From: Sedimentisphaerales bacterium
GTDB lineage: Bacteria; Planctomycetota; Phycisphaerae; Sedimentisphaerales; SM23-30
DNA: 64,000 nucleotides
NCBI GenBank assembly: GCA_963663965.2
Contig: CAXXFK010000023.1
Location: forward strand, 1-64,000
Direction: 5' to 3'
A model generated the notes under the pieces. It was given only the letters and a program-made list of their open reading frames with translations, was not told the DNA's origin and did no database searches. This document shows, one piece after another, positions 62,638 through 64,000 of this stretch. Position 1 is the first letter of the stretch; every line of letters starts with the position of its first letter. A program made the position numbers and the translations under genes.

Positions 62638-62757
62638 TTAATAAGTTCCAAGTAAGCTAAACTGCGACAGGGGCAATTCTTCTTCCTTCAACCAGTTATT
62701 TGCCATTAATGCCAGATCTTTAACCTCTTCCGGCTGTTCCTTCACTTGCTTCACTAT
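62638..62757 (-). pseudogene. 3' remnant of a gene probably interrupted by the IS110 element
   Basis: Open frame from the IS end: IVKQVKEQPEEVKDLALMANNWLKEEELPLSQFSLLGTY*; DLALMANNWL resembles the dockerin-like motif ending the 52289-56614 protein. Confidence 0.5.
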
Positions 62758-62989
62758 CTTCTATGAAGCCAGAGGTCAAGAGGGAAAAGTGGTTTATATG
62801 GCATTTTATTGTATTTCCTTATTTCAAAACATGTTATCCTGTCCTTGCCCTTGCGGAGGATAAGGCAACGCTGAGGAGCGACCTGAGCGCCGTCAAGGGG
62901 TCCGGGAAGGCAGGCGGCGTACCTACGCCGCCCCTCCTGCCTTTTTGGACGATAAGCGATAAACCTGATCAAACAAATTTTCGCGCAGC

Positions 62990-63160
62990 GAATCCTTATT
63001 TTTATTCGATAAAATGCTCGATTGTTTCAGCCTTCTATCCGGGGTGTCCAGGTCTTCTTTTTTTACCATGGTCCCATTCCATCGTTTACGATACGGCTTA
63101 ATCTTCACGTCAGGCTCTAGACCCATCAAGTGAAACAAGGTTCCATATCGATGTCAATCA
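62990..63160 (-). ncRNA. Candidate bridge/seek RNA in the IS110 3' non-coding end (boundaries approximate)
   Basis: Internal ATAGAAG (63032-63038) identical to the inferred element terminus (62758-62764); local hairpins; IS110/IS1111 elements are known to encode guide RNAs in their non-coding ends. Confidence 0.55.
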
Positions 63161-63221
63161 AGCAAAATCTAAGCATTCGTTAAAATCAGTCAAAGAACGG
63201 TACGCGATCAAAACGTATTTT

Positions 63222-64000
63222 TTATCCGGATACGGCAGCCTTCAGCGGCGGCATCTGCCAGGGCGTCCCATCGCGCAACATCGCCCACATCCGCACAAAC
63301 AACCGCCGCGCCACCGCGATAATCGCTATCTTGGAGCGTGTCTTGCTGTCGCGCCGGATCCGCTGATACGTTTCTCGTATCCACGGATTGGTTCGCTGGC
63401 CCAGCCAGCAGATCTCCACCAGCAGACTTCGCAGCAAACGATTGCCATCCTTACTGATGCGGCCCTGCCGGTCGATCGTTCCCGATTGATACTGGCGCGG
63501 GGTCATACCGATATAGCAGCCCACCTGCTTGCAGTTCTGAAACCGGTGGGGATTATCGATTAAAGCGGCCACCGCTTCGGCCGTCCGTTCGCCCACGCCC
63601 GGAATGGTCGTGAGCAATTGCACGTGCCGGTCCGTTTGGTTCAGGGCATGCAGTTTGTTGTCGATCACCAACAACAATTCGCCCAGAGTGTGCAATAACT
63701 CCAATTCCACCCACAAGCTGCCACGCCAGAGCGCCTCCACCGGCACCTCGGCCATGGGACAGGCCAGACTCCGCAAATGGGCGATCTGTTTTTGCGACCA
63801 GCCGTTTTTGCCGGAAGGCATCGGCAGGGCCTGACGATCCAGCAGCGCCCGGATGGTGTTTTTGCATTGTGTTATTCGTTCGACGATACTTTTCCGTTCA
63901 TTAATCAAGGCCCGTTTCTCGCGCACCGCCTTACCCGGCACATAGACGGTCGGCAGATCGCCCAGTGCCGTCCGACGGGCCAGCCACAGCGCATCCTTGC
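63222..64000 (-). CDS. IS110-family transposase/recombinase (5'-truncated by window)
   Basis: Frame open to the window edge (KDALWLAR, end of the DEDD domain); TIPGVG, YIGMTPRQYQSG, GRISKDGN..LR, AIIAVARRL. Confidence 0.95.
   Translation of the reverse strand, partial: KDALWLARRTALGDLPTVYVPGKAVREKRALINERKSIVERITQCKNTIRALLDRQALPMPSGKNGWSQKQIAHLRSLACPMAEVPVEALWRGSLWVELELLHTLGELLLVIDNKLHALNQTDRHVQLLTTIPGVGERTAEAVAALIDNPHRFQNCKQVGCYIGMTPRQYQSGTIDRQGRISKDGNRLLRSLLVEICWLGQRTNPWIRETYQRIRRDSKTRSKIAIIAVARRLFVRMWAMLRDGTPWQMPPLKAAVSG

Larger units (their letters stand above)
62758..64000 (-). mobile_element. IS110-family insertion sequence (3' part; continues beyond window)
   Basis: IS110 transposase plus ~460-nt downstream non-coding end finishing TTGACC...CATAGAAG on the minus strand; the end position is inferred. 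Confidence 0.8.

Noticed and set aside
62754..63138. Short ORFs inside the IS110 3' end
   Set aside because: Three overlapping motif-less ORFs on both strands; the region is better explained as a structured non-coding end.

Overview
Bacterial chromosomal window. The protein repertoire (DUF1080 fusions, HzsA-like/SUMF1 protein, YYWRVD fn3-like modules, dockerin-like 'D..L...WL' tails) points to Planctomycetota, probably Phycisphaerae; this is inference, not a database match. The + strand is strongly C-rich, which creates many long antisense shadow ORFs. In order: a frameshift-split NLR-like (NB-ARC/TPR) gene inside a field of short modular repeats; a Wzc-like membrane protein; two paralogous lipoproteins; a complete phosphate locus (phoB-phoR, porin, pstSCAB, phoU) with visible 11-bp-period Pho boxes; Na+/H+ antiporter, GNAT and Cys-rich metal permease; a carbohydrate cluster (clan GH-A hydrolase, GH127, GH51, Tat Gfo/Idh/MocA with HEAT-DUF1080, an (alpha/alpha)6-like protein); an HzsA-like/SUMF1 cytochrome; an esterase; hflKC; nitroreductase; avtA; an AAA/DUF4143 ATPase; a circularly permuted ACP-like membrane protein; DUF433; trpBA; a large beta-helix surface protein; a GDPD-small membrane protein-SSS unit; orphans; and the 3' part of an IS110-family element. 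Best leads: (1) the ~460-nt 3' non-coding end of the IS110 element, with a candidate bridge/seek-RNA donor loop that predicts the unseen left end; (2) the NLR with a hydrophobic N-terminus and amyloid-like motif; (3) the permuted, Ser-less ACP; (4) a dispersed bipartite intergenic element (AAACGAACCCAAT plus a 25-bp TAA-N19-TTA box). No rRNA, tRNA or CRISPR array was recognised.
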